Notes: a model not told the origin generated them from the letters alone. A stretch of DNA of 64,000 nucleotides from Nannocystis pusilla (GCF_049060185.1 NZ_JBMEQO010000002.1); one strand, 5' to 3'; positions 25,797-37,146 are shown, numbered from the stretch's first letter. Program-made: numbers and translations.

Positions 25797-26175
25797 AAGC
25801 CCTGGGTCGCCCGGAGCCCCTGCCGACGGATCGCAGGTGGCGGAGCGAACAGTCGCGGATCGGGGACGGCACGAAGCGGAGCCGTCAGCGACGCATCACA
25901 CGCGGGGCAGACCAGGACAGCGCGTCTCGACGGTTCGTCTCGGGTCGTGCCCATTCGTGTGCGCCGAGTCTAGTGCAGCCCGGTCCGCGATGCGACCGCA
26001 CGCCGCTCGCGTGGCTGTCGACGTGGGCCGCCCGCAGTCCCCGCTCTGCAGCGACGCGCGCAGCGTCTCGACGGGCGAAGCCGGCTCGGGAGGGACATGA
26101 TCGCAGGGTGCCGGTCCCGGGGCTCGAGTGAGTCACGAAGAATAGGTCGCGCTTGACGCGCGGAGCGCCGCCGGG

Positions 26176-26583
26176 TCAGGGAGCGCGCTCGACCGTCAGG
26201 ACGCACGTGGTGGGCGGGTTGTAGGCGGCGACGGTCTCGAGCTCGAAGCGCCAGCCGAGCGCGACCTGCGGCGCGGGGGCGTCGTCGCGTTCGAGCGACA
26301 GGGTCGCGCGCTCCGCCCCGCGGCGGACCTCGACCCGGCAGTCCTGCCTGTTGCGGTCGTCCTTGCCGTGCGCGTAGCCGCCGGAGATGACCTCGAGCTC
26401 TGTCCCATCGGACAGGCGGGTCGGCTCGTGCGCGACGACCTTCAGCTCGAGCGGTCCGGCGGGTGGGGCCGCGACGGCGGGTGGAGCCGCGGCGGCGGTC
26501 GGAGGGACGGGAGCGGGGCGGGCGACGGCGGCGCGGAGGAGTTGCACGCGAGCAGCAGCGACAGGGCGAGCGCGTCACGCATC
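26176..26583 (-). CDS. small lipoprotein; lipobox signal is in the adjacent frame
   Basis: MRDALALSLLLACNSSAP (lipobox LLAC), then in the neighbouring frame ...PLELKVVAHEPTRLSDGTELEVISGGYAHGKDDRNRQDCRVEV... Confidence 0.35.
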
Positions 26584-26780
26584 GCTCGAGTGTACGGAGC
26601 GCACGGCCGGCGATCCAGCGCGTCGTGGACCTCCTGGACGTCGTCCGGCGTGATCTCGTCCATCCGCCGGGCGCGCCGGATCGGCGACTTCATCGTCGCG
26701 TCGGGCACACCGCCGCCGCGGCGGCTGCTGCGTCGCTCTCACGTCACGCGCACGAGCACTCGCCGCACGTGGACCGGGCT

Positions 26781-27973
26781 TCAGGTGCGCACGGCGGTCT
26801 CGGCGAGGAGCGAGAGGCCGGCGGCGAGGACCTCGGCGGGGGCCAGGGCCAGGCACTCGTGGCCGGTCGGGCAGGCGAAGCGATAGCAGGGGTGCAGGCG
26901 GTGGGGCGGCGCAGCAGGCGGTGGGGGAGGTGCGGGGCATCCACTGGCTGTCGCGGTCGGTGCCGGCGTAGGTGACGAGCTGGGGCACCGCGAGGGCGTC
27001 GGCGAGGTGGAGGGCGGCGGTGTTGTTGGTGAGGACGAGGCGGGCGCCGGCGAGGAGGGCGGCGAACTCGGGCAGATCTGTCTCTCCGACCAGGTCGAGG
27101 GCGCGCGGGCCGAGCAGGGAGGAGCTCGCGGGCGCGCTCGCGGTCGCGGGCGGCGCCGCAGACGAGCAGGCGCAGGTCGGCGTACTCGGCCAGGGCGCGG
27201 GCGGCGAGGGCGTGGCGCAGGGGGTCGTAGGTGCGCGCGGCGCAGCTGGCGAAGGGGTTCCACACGAGGTAGTCGCTGGCGATGTGGTGGGCGGCCAGGC
27301 GGGCCTGGGCGGCGGTCCAGGCGGGCCGCGGGAGGCGGATCTCGAGCCGGCGATCGACGACGGGCACGCCGAGGCGCTCGACGAGCTGGAGGTTGCGCTC
27401 GCACTGGTGGAGGCCGTCGTCGGCGTGCGGGAGGGCGATGGTGAGGGCCCGCCCGCGCTCGCGTGACTCGCCGATCCGCATCGGGATGCCTGCCAGGGCG
27501 CAGGCGAGGGCGGCTGGGTGCGGGCTCTGGCTGAAGCTGGTGAGGATGAGGGCGAGGTCGTACTCGCCGCGCCGCAGGGTGGCGATGAGCTCGCGCTCTC
27601 GCGCGGGATCGAAGGCGAGGCGGCCCAGGTCCTGCCACAGGGCGCGGCAGGGCTCGACGTCGTCGACCCAGGGCAGCAGGGCGGCCGCCGGGGCGCCGCC
27701 GGGGCTGGCGAGCAGGGTGAGGTGGAGGTGCGGGAGGTGGGCCTTGAGCGCGCGCAGGGCCGGGCCGGTGAGGATGATGTCGCCGAGGTTGTCGAGCCGG
27801 ACGACGAGGATCCGTCGCACGCGCGACCAGTCGAGGGGACGCGCGCGATCGAGAGACGCGGCGGGGTCGCGCGCGGTCACCCGCGAGTAGTCGCGGCCGA
27901 GCCTGGGCCGGGGATCGAGGGCGAGCGGGGCGACGGCGGGGAGCAGGTCGTTGCGTGGAGGCATGGGGCTCAC
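26781..27973 (-). CDS. GT9 family glycosyltransferase (ADP-heptose:LPS heptosyltransferase-like); several frame breaks
   Basis: N-domain RILVVRLDNLGDIILTGPALRALKAHLP; C-terminal PCYRFACPTGHECLALAPAEVLAAGLSLL in another frame; TYAGTDRDSQWMP in a third. Confidence 0.65.
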
Positions 27974-27974
27974 G

Positions 27975-28310
27975 GGCGGGTCATGACATTGCGGCGGCGA
28001 TGGTGCGCGGGCGGATCCATGATATTACGAGGGGCGGGCGCCAGCGCGGATCGGATTCATGACATTGAGGGGCGAGCGATTCGGAGTGGTCGGGGGTCGA
28101 GGCATCGGCTCATGACATTGAGGGGCGAGCGATTCGGAGCGGTCGGGTCGAGGCATCGGCTCATGACATTGAGGGGCGAGCGATTCGGAGCGGTCGGGTC
28201 GAGGCATCGGCTCATGACATTGAGGGGGAGCGATTCGGAGTGGTCGGCGATCGAGGCATCGGCTCATGACATTGAGGGGGAGCGATTCGGAGTGTCGGCG
28301 GTCGAGGCGA
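27975..28310. repeat. intergenic tandem repeat of about 51 bp, 5 near-identical and 2 degenerate copies, between two GT9 genes
   Basis: tcatgacattgaggggcgagcgattcggagcggtcgggtcgaggcatcggc repeats from about 28047 to 28310. Its catgacat(t/a)tga start resembles the dispersed CATGTCC palindrome. Confidence 0.75.
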
Positions 28311-28314
28311 CGCG

Positions 28315-29417
28315 TCACGAGAGGGCGAGGGGGACCGGTGCGGGGGTGGGGGCTTCGCGGGCATCGGGGCGCAGCAGCTCGAGGGCGGCGGCGACGACCG
28401 TGGCAGGGAGACGCCGCGCAGGCACAGGTGATGGCCTTCGGGACAGGTCGAGCGGTAGCAGGGGGCACACGGGACGGGGTGGTTCAGGACCCGCGCGGGG
28501 ACGGCCCAGGGGGTGTGCTGCGGGTTGGTGAGGGCGTAGAGGTCGACGACGGGGGTGCCCATGGCGGCGGCGACGTGGGCGGGGCCGGTGTTGTTGCTGA
28601 TGAGCACGCCGGCGCGGGCGATGACGGCCGCGAGGGCGCCGAGCGAGAGGCGGCCGGCGAGCGAGTGGGTGGGGACGCCGGCGGCGCCGCGGATCTGCTC
28701 GACCAGGGAGACCTCGTCGGCGGCGCCGGTGAACACGAGGCCGAGGCCGTGGTCGCGCACGAGGGCGCGGGCGACCACTGCGAAGGCGGCGGGCGGGTAG
28801 CGGCGCGAGCTGGCGGTGGCGCCGGGGTGGACGACGGCCCAGCGCCGACCGAGGGGCAGGCGGCGGAGCTCGGCCTCGGCCGAGAGGTGGTCTTCGGGAC
28901 ATGGCCGGAGGGACAGTCGGTGATGCGAGGGGCGCAGGCCGACGGCGGCGACGAGGTCGAGCTGGCGAGTGACCTCGTGCCGCACGCCGCGCTCGGGCTC
29001 GGTCTCGGAGACCCAGTGGGTGAGGAGCTGGTAGGGGTTCTCGCGGCAGTGGGCCAGGCGCAGCGGGATGTCGGCGAGCCAGGCGAGGAGGGCGGCGGGC
29101 AGCGGGTTCTGGCTGTAGACGGTGAAGACGACGGCGGCGTCGAAGCGGCCGGCGCGGAGGCGATCGATCACGCCGCGGTCGAGGCTGGCGTCGCGGCGCG
29201 CGGGGCTGGCCTTGAGCCAGGCGGCGTCGTAGGTCCAGACGTCGTCGACCTCGGGCACCAGGCGGCCGACGACCGCGCCGGGGCTCGAGGTGAGCAGGGT
29301 GAGGTGGCGCTGCGGGTGGCCTTCTTCAGGGCGCGCAGGGCGGGAGTGGTCATGAGCACGTCGCCGACGGTGTCGAGGCGGACGCACAGGACGCGGCGGG
29401 TGGACGACCAGCTCATC
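28315..29417 (-). CDS. GT9 family glycosyltransferase (heptosyltransferase-like); 2 frame breaks
   Basis: N: RVLCVRLDTVGDVLMTTPALRALKKA. Middle: AVVFTVYSQNPLPAALLAWLADIPLRLAHC...LISNNTGPAHVAAAMGTPVVDLYALTNP. C: PCAPCYRSTCPEGHHLCLRGV. Confidence 0.65.
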
Positions 29418-30876
29418 CGGGGCCTCGATCTCCGAGCCGCGCGAGCAGGCCGGTGGTGCTGAAGTCGTCGAGGTACGGCATGAAGCAGACCTCGCCGCCG
29501 AGGCGCGACACGAGCGGGGCCTCGGGCAGCTTGTCGAGGCTGTAGTCGCCGCCCTTGACGTAGACGTCGGGCCGCGCGAGCTCGATGAGGCGGGTCGGGG
29601 TGTCGTCGGCGAACTCGACGATGTGATCGACGCACGAGAGGGCGGCCAGCACCTGGGCCCGATCTGCGGCGCAGTTGATCGGGCGGGTGGCGCCCTTGAG
29701 CCGGCGGACGCTGGCGTCGGCGTTGAGGCCGACGATCAGGACGTCGCCGAGCGCCTTGGCGCGGCTGAGGCAGGTGATGTGGCCGCGGTGGAGGATGTCG
29801 AAGCAGCCGTTGGTGAAGACGAGGCGCTTGCCGGCGCGGTGCAGGCAGTCGGCGAGCAGGGCGAGGTCGTCGTGGCCGAGCAGCTTGTCCTGCGAGGCGA
29901 GGTGGACCCGCAGCTCGGCGGCGCTGCAGGCGGTGGTGCCGTCGCGCGCGACCACCAGGCTGGCGGCGCTGGAGGCCAGGTCGGCGCAGGCGTGGGTCGG
30001 GGCGCCGGCGGCGAGGGCGAGGGCGAGGGCGCTGACGAAGGTGTCGCCGGCGCCGGTGGCGTTGGCGTCGGACGAGGGCCGGGCGTAGGTGCGGTAGGCG
30101 GGGTGACCTGTCTCGAAGACCAGGGCGCCGGCGCAGTCGAGGGTGACCGCGGCGATCCGCGCGCCGGTGATCTGCAGGAACTCGGCCTCGTGGGCGGCGA
30201 TCTGCTCGACGCGGCCGTCGCCGTGGCCGCCCGTGAGGCCGAGCAGGCGCGCGGCCTCGCAGTAGTTGGGCTTGACCGCGGTGGGTCGGGCGCGCGCGAG
30301 CCGGCGCAGGTCCTTGGCGTCGGCGACGAGGACGCGCGCGCGGGCGGCCTGCAGGGCGGCGATCTCGTCGATCACGCCGTCGGTGAGGACGCCGTAGCCG
30401 TAGTCGGAGACGATGACCGCGTCGACGTCGCCCCAGGCGGCCCGCAGGCGCTCGCACAGGCGCGCCTCGGTGACGGGGTCGAGGTCGTCGCGGCTGCCGG
30501 CGTCGAGGCGCAGGAGGATCTGGCCGCCGGCGAGGACGCGCTGCTTGACGAGGGTGCGGCGCCCGCCGGCGCGCACGAGGCCGTGGGCGGGGACGCCGAG
30601 GGCGGCGAGCGAGCGCGCCAGACGGTCGGCCTCGTCGTCGCCGCCGACGACGGAGAGGAAGGTGACCCGGGCCCGAGCGCGGCCGCGTTGACGGCCGTGT
30701 TGGCGCCGCCGCCGGGGACGTCGCGGCGCGCGTCGACGTCGACGACGGGCACCGGGGCCTCGCGGCACAGCCGCTCGCTGTGGCCGTCGAGGTAGGTGTC
30801 GAGCATGGCCTCGCCGATCACGAGGGTCCGCAGGTCGGCGAAGGCGTCGAGCACGGGGAGCAGGACGTGAGTCATC
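29413..30876 (-). CDS. hldE: bifunctional D-beta-D-heptose 7-phosphate kinase / D-beta-D-heptose 1-phosphate adenylyltransferase; 1 frame break near 30680
   Basis: Kinase: LVIGEAMLDTYLDGHSERLCREAPVPVVDV...GGGANTAVNAAALG and GAGDTFVSALALALAAG. Adenylyltransferase: LVFTNGCFDILHRGHITCLSRAKALGDVLIVGLNADASV and VYVKGGDY. Confidence 0.8.
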   Translation of the reverse strand, partial: DDSRPAPRARRLRRPADPRDRRGHARHLPRRPQRAAVPRGPGARRRRRRAPRRPRRRRQHGRQRGRARARVTFLSVVGGDDEADRLARSLAALGVPAHGLVRAGGRRTLVKQRVLAGGQILLRLDAGSRDDLDPVTEARLCERLRAAWGDVDAVIVSDYGYGVLTDGVIDEIAALQAARARVLVADAKDLRRLARARPTAVKPNYCEAARLLGLTGGHGDGRVEQIAAHEAEFLQITGARIAAVTLDCAGALVFETGHPAYRTYARPSSDANATGAGDTFVSALALALAAGAPTHACADLASSAASLVVARDGTTACSAAELRVHLASQDKLLGHDDLALLADCLHRAGKRLVFTNGCFDILHRGHITCLSRAKALGDVLIVGLNADASVRRLKGATRPINCAADRAQVLAALSCVDHIVEFADDTPTRLIELARPDVYVKGGDYSLDKLPEAPLVSRLGGEVCFMPYLDDFSTTGLLARLGDRGPG

Positions 30877-30892
30877 GCGGGCGCTCCGGGTG

Positions 30893-31192
30893 AAGAGGTG
30901 TGTTGGGACATGCTGCAAAGGGCATGTCTGAAGGGGCATGTCGTGGCGTGCCGAGGTGCGGACCGGAGGCGGCGCGAGCGAGCGGGGGCCGACCCGGCGG
31001 CGAGCCTCGGAGCAGGACATGCGACGAGGGACATGTCCGAATGGAAAGATTCTGGCGGGCGCGCGGGAGGTCCGGCGGCGAGCGTCGGATCGGTGCAGGC
31101 GGAGAGTGACATGTCCGAATGGACAGCTTCGTGATCGCCGGTCGGGATCGCGCCGGAGCATGTCGAGAGGAACATGTCCGAACAGACATGCA
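30893..31192. promoter_or_regulatory. cluster of 4 copies of palindromic element CATGTCC-N4-GGACATG between gmhB and hldE
   Basis: gggacatgctgcaaagggcatgtctgaaggggcatgtcg; gggacatgtccgaatggaaag; tgacatgtccgaatggacagc; aacatgtccgaacagacatgc. Confidence 0.6.
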
Positions 31193-31235
31193 TCGCGGAG
31201 CGTGCGGTGAGGCGCGGAGAGGGCATCGCGGGCGC

Positions 31236-31820
31236 TCAGGCGAGGGGCGCAGGGTGCTCGTCGTGGTCGCTGCGGGCGGGGTCGCCGACGATCCGGCGGG
31301 CGGCGTCGGCGAGGTCGGCGGCGACGAGGGTGGGCGCGGGGCGGAGCGTCGGGGGCGGCGAGGCGGCGAGCAGGGCGGTGCGGCAACCGGCGCGGCGGCC
31401 GGCCTCGACGTCGCTGGCGATGTCGCCGACCATCCACGAGCGCGCGAGGTCGAGGCCGAGCTCGGCGGCGGCGCGGGTCAGCAGGCCGGGGGCGGGCTTG
31501 CGGCAGCCGCAGACGATCGCGTACTCGGCGACGACGCCGGCGGGCAGGTGCGGGCACCAGTAGAAGCCGTCGAGCTCGAGGCCGAGCAGGTCTTCGATGC
31601 GGGCCTGGACGCCGAGCAGGTCGTGGGCGCCGAACAGGCCGCGGGCGACGCCGGACTGGTTGGTGACGACGACGAGGGCGTAGCCGGCGGCCCGCAGCGA
31701 CCAGGCGCCGTCGCGGGCGCCGCGGGTGAGGCGGACGTGGGCGGGGTCGACGTTGTAGGGGACGTCGTCGATGAGGGTGCCGTCCTTGTCGAGGAAGGCG
31801 GCGGGGCGGAGGCGGGTCAT
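31236..31820 (-). CDS. gmhB: D,D-heptose 1,7-bisphosphate phosphatase (HAD superfamily)
   Basis: AFLDKDGTLIDD is HAD motif I; then VVVTNQSG and CGCRKPAPGLL...WMVGDIASDVEAGRRAGC. Intact. Confidence 0.8.
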   Translation of the reverse strand: MTRLRPAAFLDKDGTLIDDVPYNVDPAHVRLTRGARDGAWSLRAAGYALVVVTNQSGVARGLFGAHDLLGVQARIEDLLGLELDGFYWCPHLPAGVVAEYAIVCGCRKPAPGLLTRAAAELGLDLARSWMVGDIASDVEAGRRAGCRTALLAASPPPTLRPAPTLVAADLADAARRIVGDPARSDHDEHPAPLA

Positions 31821-32554
31821 GGCCAGCTCGTCTCGCGCATCGGCACGACCATCAGCTCGGGGATGACCGACTCGCCGGGCATGGCGAGGAGGAAGCGGAT
31901 GGTCTCGGCGACGTTGCGCGGGTCCTGGAGGTTGGTGATCGGGGTGTCGGGGAAGCGGTCGAGGATGAAGGGGTGCGCATGCCGCCGGCCAGCAGGGCGG
32001 TGACCTTGATGCCGAACGGGCGGCCCTCGACGTGCAGGGCGTGCGACAGGCCCAAAAGGCCCCACTTGCTGGCGTGGTAGGCGCTGGCGTTCTGCCAGGC
32101 CCGCTTGGCGGCGGTCGAGACGATGTTGACGATGTAGCCTCCCCTGGGCGCGCAGGCGCGGGAAGGCGGCGCGGCTGAGGACGAACGGGCCGCGCAGGTT
32201 GACGGCGAGGACGCGGTCGATGTCGTCGACGCTGAGCTCGTCGACCGCGAGCGTCTTGTCGGTGCCGGCGTTGTTGACGAGGACGTCGAGCCGGCCGTGG
32301 CGGGCGACGATGGCGTCGATCAAGGACTGCCCGGCCTCGGCGTCGCGCACGTCGAGCTCGGCGGCCTCGATGCGGCCGCCGAGGTCGCGCACCTCGGCGA
32401 CGAGGCGGGCGAGCGGACCGGACTGGATGTCGGCGGCGATCACGTGCGCGCCGGCGGCCGCGAGGGTGCGACCGATCTCGGCGCCGAGGCCCGAGCCGCC
32501 GCCGGTGACGAGCACGATCTTGTCCGCGAGGGGTGATTCGATCACGAGGGTCAT
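31817..32554 (-). CDS. SDR-family oxidoreductase inside the heptose cluster; 2 frame breaks
   Basis: VLVTGGGSGLGAEIG Rossmann fold; DVLVNNAG; catalytic region HALHVEGRPFGIKVTALLAGGM in the adjacent frame; C-terminal HPFILDRFPDTP. Confidence 0.6.
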   Translation of the reverse strand: MTLVIESPLADKIVLVTGGGSGLGAEIGRTLAAAGAHVIAADIQSGPLARLVAEVRDLGGRIEAAELDVRDAEAGQSLIDAIVARHGRLDVLVNNAGTDKTLAVDELSVDDIDRVLAVNLRGPFVLSRAAFPRLRAQGRLHRQHRLDRRQAGLAERQRLPRQQVGPFGPVARPARRGPPVRHQGHRPAGRRHAHPFILDRFPDTPITNLQDPRNVAETIRFLLAMPGESVIPELMVVPMRETSWP

Positions 32555-32649
32555 CGGTCCTCCGAGTGCGATGATTCGATGCAGGGCCGGAGCCGGTGAG
32601 GCGGGGTGATGCGAACGCGAGGGTCATCGGTCCTCCGAGTGCGATGATT

Positions 32650-33230
32650 TCAGGGCAGCGGGGCCACCCGCGCTTCGACCAGTTCGCAGATCAGGTGCAG
32701 GGCCAATGTGTGGACCTCCTGAATGCGCTGAGTGTCGGGCGAGGGCACGATGAGGGCGCAGTCGGCGAGGTCGCCGGCCTCGCCGCCGGTGCCGCCGAGC
32801 AAGGCGAAGGTGCGCAGGCCGCAGTCGCGCGCGGTCTTGAGGGCGGCGACGACGTTGGCAGAGCGGCCGCTGGTCGAGATGCCGAACACCACGTCGCCGG
32901 GGCGGCCGTAGGCGCGGACCTGGCGGGCGAACACGTCGGCGTAGCCGACGTCGTTGGCCCACGCGGTCAGGACCGCGGTGTCGGCGTTGAGGGCGATGAC
33001 CGGCAAGGCGGCGCGGTCGGGGGCGAGGAAGCGGCCGACGAGCTCGGCGGCGAAGTGCTGGGCGTCGGTGGCGCTGCCACCGTTGCCGCACACGAGGACC
33101 TTGCCGCCGCGGGCGAAGGCGCCGCTGACGAGGTCGGCGGCGCGGACGATGTCGTCGCGCAGACAGGTCTTGGCGCGCGAGAGCACCGCGAGCAGGTCGT
33201 CGAAGCCGCGGTCGACCGCGGCGAAGGCGG
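32650..33230 (-). CDS. gmhA: phosphoheptose isomerase (SIS domain)
   Basis: GGKVLVCGNGGSATDAQHFAAELVGRF, GDVVFGISTSGRSANVV and QEVHTLALHLICELVE. The start is unclear: upstream in this frame there is no ATG, and it may read through from the GT4 gene. Confidence 0.7.
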
Positions 33231-33239
33231 CGGTGGGGG

Positions 33240-34519
33240 CCTGGGCGGGCGCCGGCCGGCGGCCGCGGCGAAGGCGTCGGCCAGGCGGGCGGCGACCTTC
33301 TCCCAGGTGAACAGGGCGTGGACGCGCTGCAGGCCGAGCTGGGCCAGGCGCCGGGCCAGGCGCGGCTGCGACAGCACCAGGGCGAGCTTGTCGGCCAGGG
33401 CGTCGGGGTCGCTCGGCGGGACGAGGTAGCCGGTCTCGCCGTGGGCGACGGTGTGGGCGATGCCGCCGACGTTGGCGCCGATGACCGGGACGCCGCAGGC
33501 CATGGCCTCGAGCGGGGTGATGCCGAACGGCTCGTACCAGGGGGTGCTGACGAACACGTCGGCGGCGACGTAGTAGTCGCGCAGCTCGCCGCGGCCGCGG
33601 CTGCCGACGAAGGTGACGCGGCCCTCGACGCCCTCGTCGCGGGCGACTGCCATCAATCGGCCGATCTCGGGGGTGAGGGCAGGATCGGGCCGGCGCGACT
33701 CGCCGCCGACGACGACGAGCCGCGCCCGCAGCTCGCCCGGGAGCCGCGCGAGCGCGCGGATGACGTTGTCGACGCCCTTGCGCGGGACCATGCGCCCGAG
33801 CTGCAAGACGATGCGGTCGCCGTCGGCGAGGCCGAGCGCGGCGCGGGCCTCGGCGCGACCGCCGGGCCAGAACTCCTCGGGGTCGAAGCCGCACGGGACC
33901 ATGACCAGCTTCTCAGGGTCGGCCGCGTAGAGGGTCATGAGGTCGACCTCGTCCTGCGGGCACTCGGCGACGATCAGGTCGGCCTCGCCGACGACCCGCG
34001 CCTCGATGGCGAAGCGCTCGTCGGGGAAGCCGTCGGCCTGGCCCTGGTGCTGCCGCCGGACCTTGCCGAGCGCGTGGAAGGTGACCGCGAACGGGACGCC
34101 GAGCTCGCGCTTGAGGTCGGCGGCGACGAGGCCGCTCATGAAGAAGTTGGCGTGGGCGAGGTCGTAGCGCTCGCGCCGGGCGTGGGCCGCGACCTCGCGG
34201 GTGAAGGCGGGCATGAGCGGCAATAGCGACTCCTTGGCCAGCGGCGCGGCGGGCCGGCGTCGACCGGGAGCACGCGCACGCCGTCGGCCAGCTCGACGAC
34301 CGGCGGCAAGGTCGGGCTGTCGCGGCGGGTGAACACGTCGACGCGGTGGCCGAGGCGGCCGAGGTGGCGCGCGACCTGGGCGACGTAGACGTTCTGGCCG
34401 CCGCTGTCGCGCCCGCCGAGCGGGGCGAGCGGCGAGGCGTGCTCGCTGATCATGGCGATCCGCAGCGGGCTCTGCGAGTGGCCGACGCCGGCGCCGGTCT
34501 CGAACGGCAGCGGCTTCAC
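33240..34519 (-). CDS. GT4 glycosyltransferase (MshA/SPS-like); 1 frame break near 34250
   Basis: N: RIAMISEHASPLAPLGG...GGQNVYVAQVARHLGRLGHRVDVFTRR. C: YDLAHANFFMSGLVAADL...FVSTPWYEPFGITPLEAMACGVPVIGANVGGIAHTV. GTG start preceded by GGAGG. Confidence 0.65.
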
Positions 34520-34559
34520 GCGGTCCTCCGGGCCGGCTCGGGGCCTGTCCCGCGGGACA

Positions 34560-35575
34560 GGTGGTGACGGGCGGGAGGAGCTGGTCTTCGGGACATCCGG
34601 TGAGCGGCGGTATGACCTGTCCCTCGGGACATCCGGTGACCTCGCCCAGGACCCGCGACCAGTCGGCGGCGAAGCGGCCGATGCCGAACCGCTGGCGGGC
34701 GATCCGGCGGGCGCCGGCGGCCAGCTCGGCGGCCTCGGCGGGGTCGGCGAGCAGGCGCCGCATGTGCGCGATCAGGCGGTCGAGGTCGGTCTCGACGTAG
34801 CCGTTGACGCCGCTCTGCACGGCGGTGCTCATCTCGGTGGTGGCGAGGCCGAGGATCGGCAGGCCGATCATCATCGCCTCGCACACCGCCAGGCCGAGGC
34901 TGGTGTAGCGGATCGGGTTGAAGAAGAAGCGGTAGCGGCCGAGGCGGGCGTGGAGCTCGCGCAGCGGCAGGTCGCCGAGGCCGCCGAGCGCGGCCGAGTC
35001 CATGCCGGCCAGGTCGAGCGGGACGTGGGCGCGCACGCGGTCGAACACGTCGCGGCCGAGCCGACGCCCGCGCCGCGCGAGGTCGTTGACGACGACGATG
35101 CCGCGCGCGAGCTCGCCGCTGTAGGTGGTGTCGTCGGGGACGACGACGCCGTGCTCGACGACCCGCACGGGGTGCGCCCGGCGTCCCACATGAGGGCGTT
35201 GAACGGGGTGACGTGGACGAGCAGGACGTCGGGGTCGTCGACCGGGTGGCGGGTGTCGGTCGGCGACTCGCGCGGCGGATCGTGCTCGAGGTAGACGCGC
35301 GGCAGGCGGCGCTGGGCGGCGCCGAGGATCTCGAACTGGTCGCACTCGTAGTTGCGGCGCGACTGGAACAGGACGACGTCGAACGGCTGCTGCGCGAGGA
35401 GCTCGACCGGGACCTCGTGGACGTTGGCGCCCCAGGCGAAGCTGCCGCTGCGCCCGCCGTAGCCCTCGGGTCGACCTGGCTTTACGGGCAGGTAGAATTC
35501 GTGCGGCGCCTGGGTGAGGTAGTAGAGGTAGCTGCCGTGAACGTGCCAGGTCAGGACGCGGAGTCGTCGCACGAG
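34560..35575 (-). CDS. GT4/GT1 glycosyltransferase; 1 frame break near 35190; stop not identified
   Basis: N: RVLTWHVHGSYLYYLT...FDVVLFQSRRNY...LLVHVTPFNALMW. C: GIVVVNDLARRG...FFFNPIRYTSLGLAVCEAMMIGLPILGLATTEMS...GYVETDLDRLIAH. Probable GTG start. Confidence 0.5.
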
Positions 35576-36049
35576 GGCCTCGCTTTCGCGCTCACAGGGG
35601 CGAGCGCCGCGCTCAGGTCGAGCGCGTCGAGCAGGAGAGGTGACGCCCCGGACCGATGACGCGGGCCGAGGGGGCGGGACGGCCGGGGCGAGCACGCCGC
35701 CGCCGAACTCGCCGGCGAAGCCGGCGCGCACCGGGATGCCGGCGAGATAGGCGAGGTAGGCGACCTCGAAGGCGGTCTCGCCGACGGCCGTAAACACCAG
35801 GGCGGCGTCGAGGCGCGCCGCGGCCAGCCGCTCGACCAGGGTCGAGAGGTGCGGGGCGTCGCACCGCGTCAGGGCGCCGGCAGGCACGACCTGGTCGACG
35901 AAGGCGGCGACGCGACCGGCCGCGCGCGCGTCGGCCAACAGGATCACCATCGCCTGCGGCACCGCGACGCGCAGGCGCACCAGCGCCGGCCCGAGCTCGT
36001 CGCAGCCGGCCGCGGGCAGGACCACGAGCAGCCGGCGAGCGCGGCGGAG

Positions 36050-37146
36050 GGCAAGCCGCGGGTCAAGCACGATCGACCCCGCGAGGAACAGGGCGGCGTC
36101 GGCCTCGGCGAGGATCGCCGCGGCCGTCGGCGGGACCACGCGGGCGTCGACGACGCGGTGACGCACGCGATCGAGGGGCGCCCAGCGGCCCGGCGCGGTG
36201 CTGCGGAAGACGACGACGCTCGGGGTCTGCAGCGCGCTGGCGAGGTGCGAGACGCCGGTGTCGCCGGCGACGACGAGGCGAGCGCGCTCGACCAGGGCGC
36301 CGAGCGAGCCGAGGCCGGTGCGGCCGACCAGATCGACGAGGTCGCGCTCGGCGTGGCGGCGGACCGCGGCGGCGAGGTCGGCCTCGTGGGCGGCGCCGGT
36401 GAGGATCACCGCGAGGCCGCGCGTCACGAGGCCGTCGGCGACTTGCGCGAGGACGCCGGGGTCGACGCGGCGGTGCGGCTCGGCGGCGCCGGGGTGGACG
36501 ACCGCGAACGCGGCGTCGGGCGCGAGGCCGGCGGCCCGCAGCAATGCGTCGCGCTGGTGCGCGTCGCCCGGCGCGAGCGGGAACTCGAGCCGCTCGCCGC
36601 GCGCCTCGATGCCGAGAGCGGCGAGCAAGGCGAGGAGGATCCGCGGCTCCGCGAAGTCATTCGGGTAGAGCACGAAGGTCGCGGGATCGGGGCACGGCTG
36701 CGGCGGGGCGTAGAAGCCGGCGCTGGCGCGCGCGCCAGCAGCTGGACGAAGATGTTGCTGACGAGGCCGTCGCCGTGCATCTGCAGGGCGAGGTCGAAGC
36801 GGCCCTGGACGGCGCGCAGGAAGTCCGGGAGGGCGCGCACGTCGGCGGGGGTCTCGGGCAGGCCGGGGAAGCCGGGGAACTCGAGCAGGTCGTCGACGAG
36901 GTGCGGGTAGCGGGCGACGAGCTCGCGGGCCCGCGCGAGGCCCAGGAGGGTGATCCTGGCCCGCGGCAGCGCGGCTCTCAGGGCCCGCAGCGCCGGAGTG
37001 GCGCACAGGAAGTCGCCGAGGCCCGGCAGGGCGCGCATGACCACGACCTCGCGCGGCGGGCGGAGCTGTCCGCCGATCCGCGCGCGCAGGTCCGGCTCCC
37101 TCGCCGACGAGGCGAGCGCGAACTCCGGTGATACGACTCCGCTCAT
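36050..37146 (-). CDS. GT9 family glycosyltransferase (heptosyltransferase-like); 1 frame break near 36420
   Basis: N: [29 protein letters not shown]: [25 protein letters not shown]...[22 protein letters not shown]. Confidence 0.6.
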
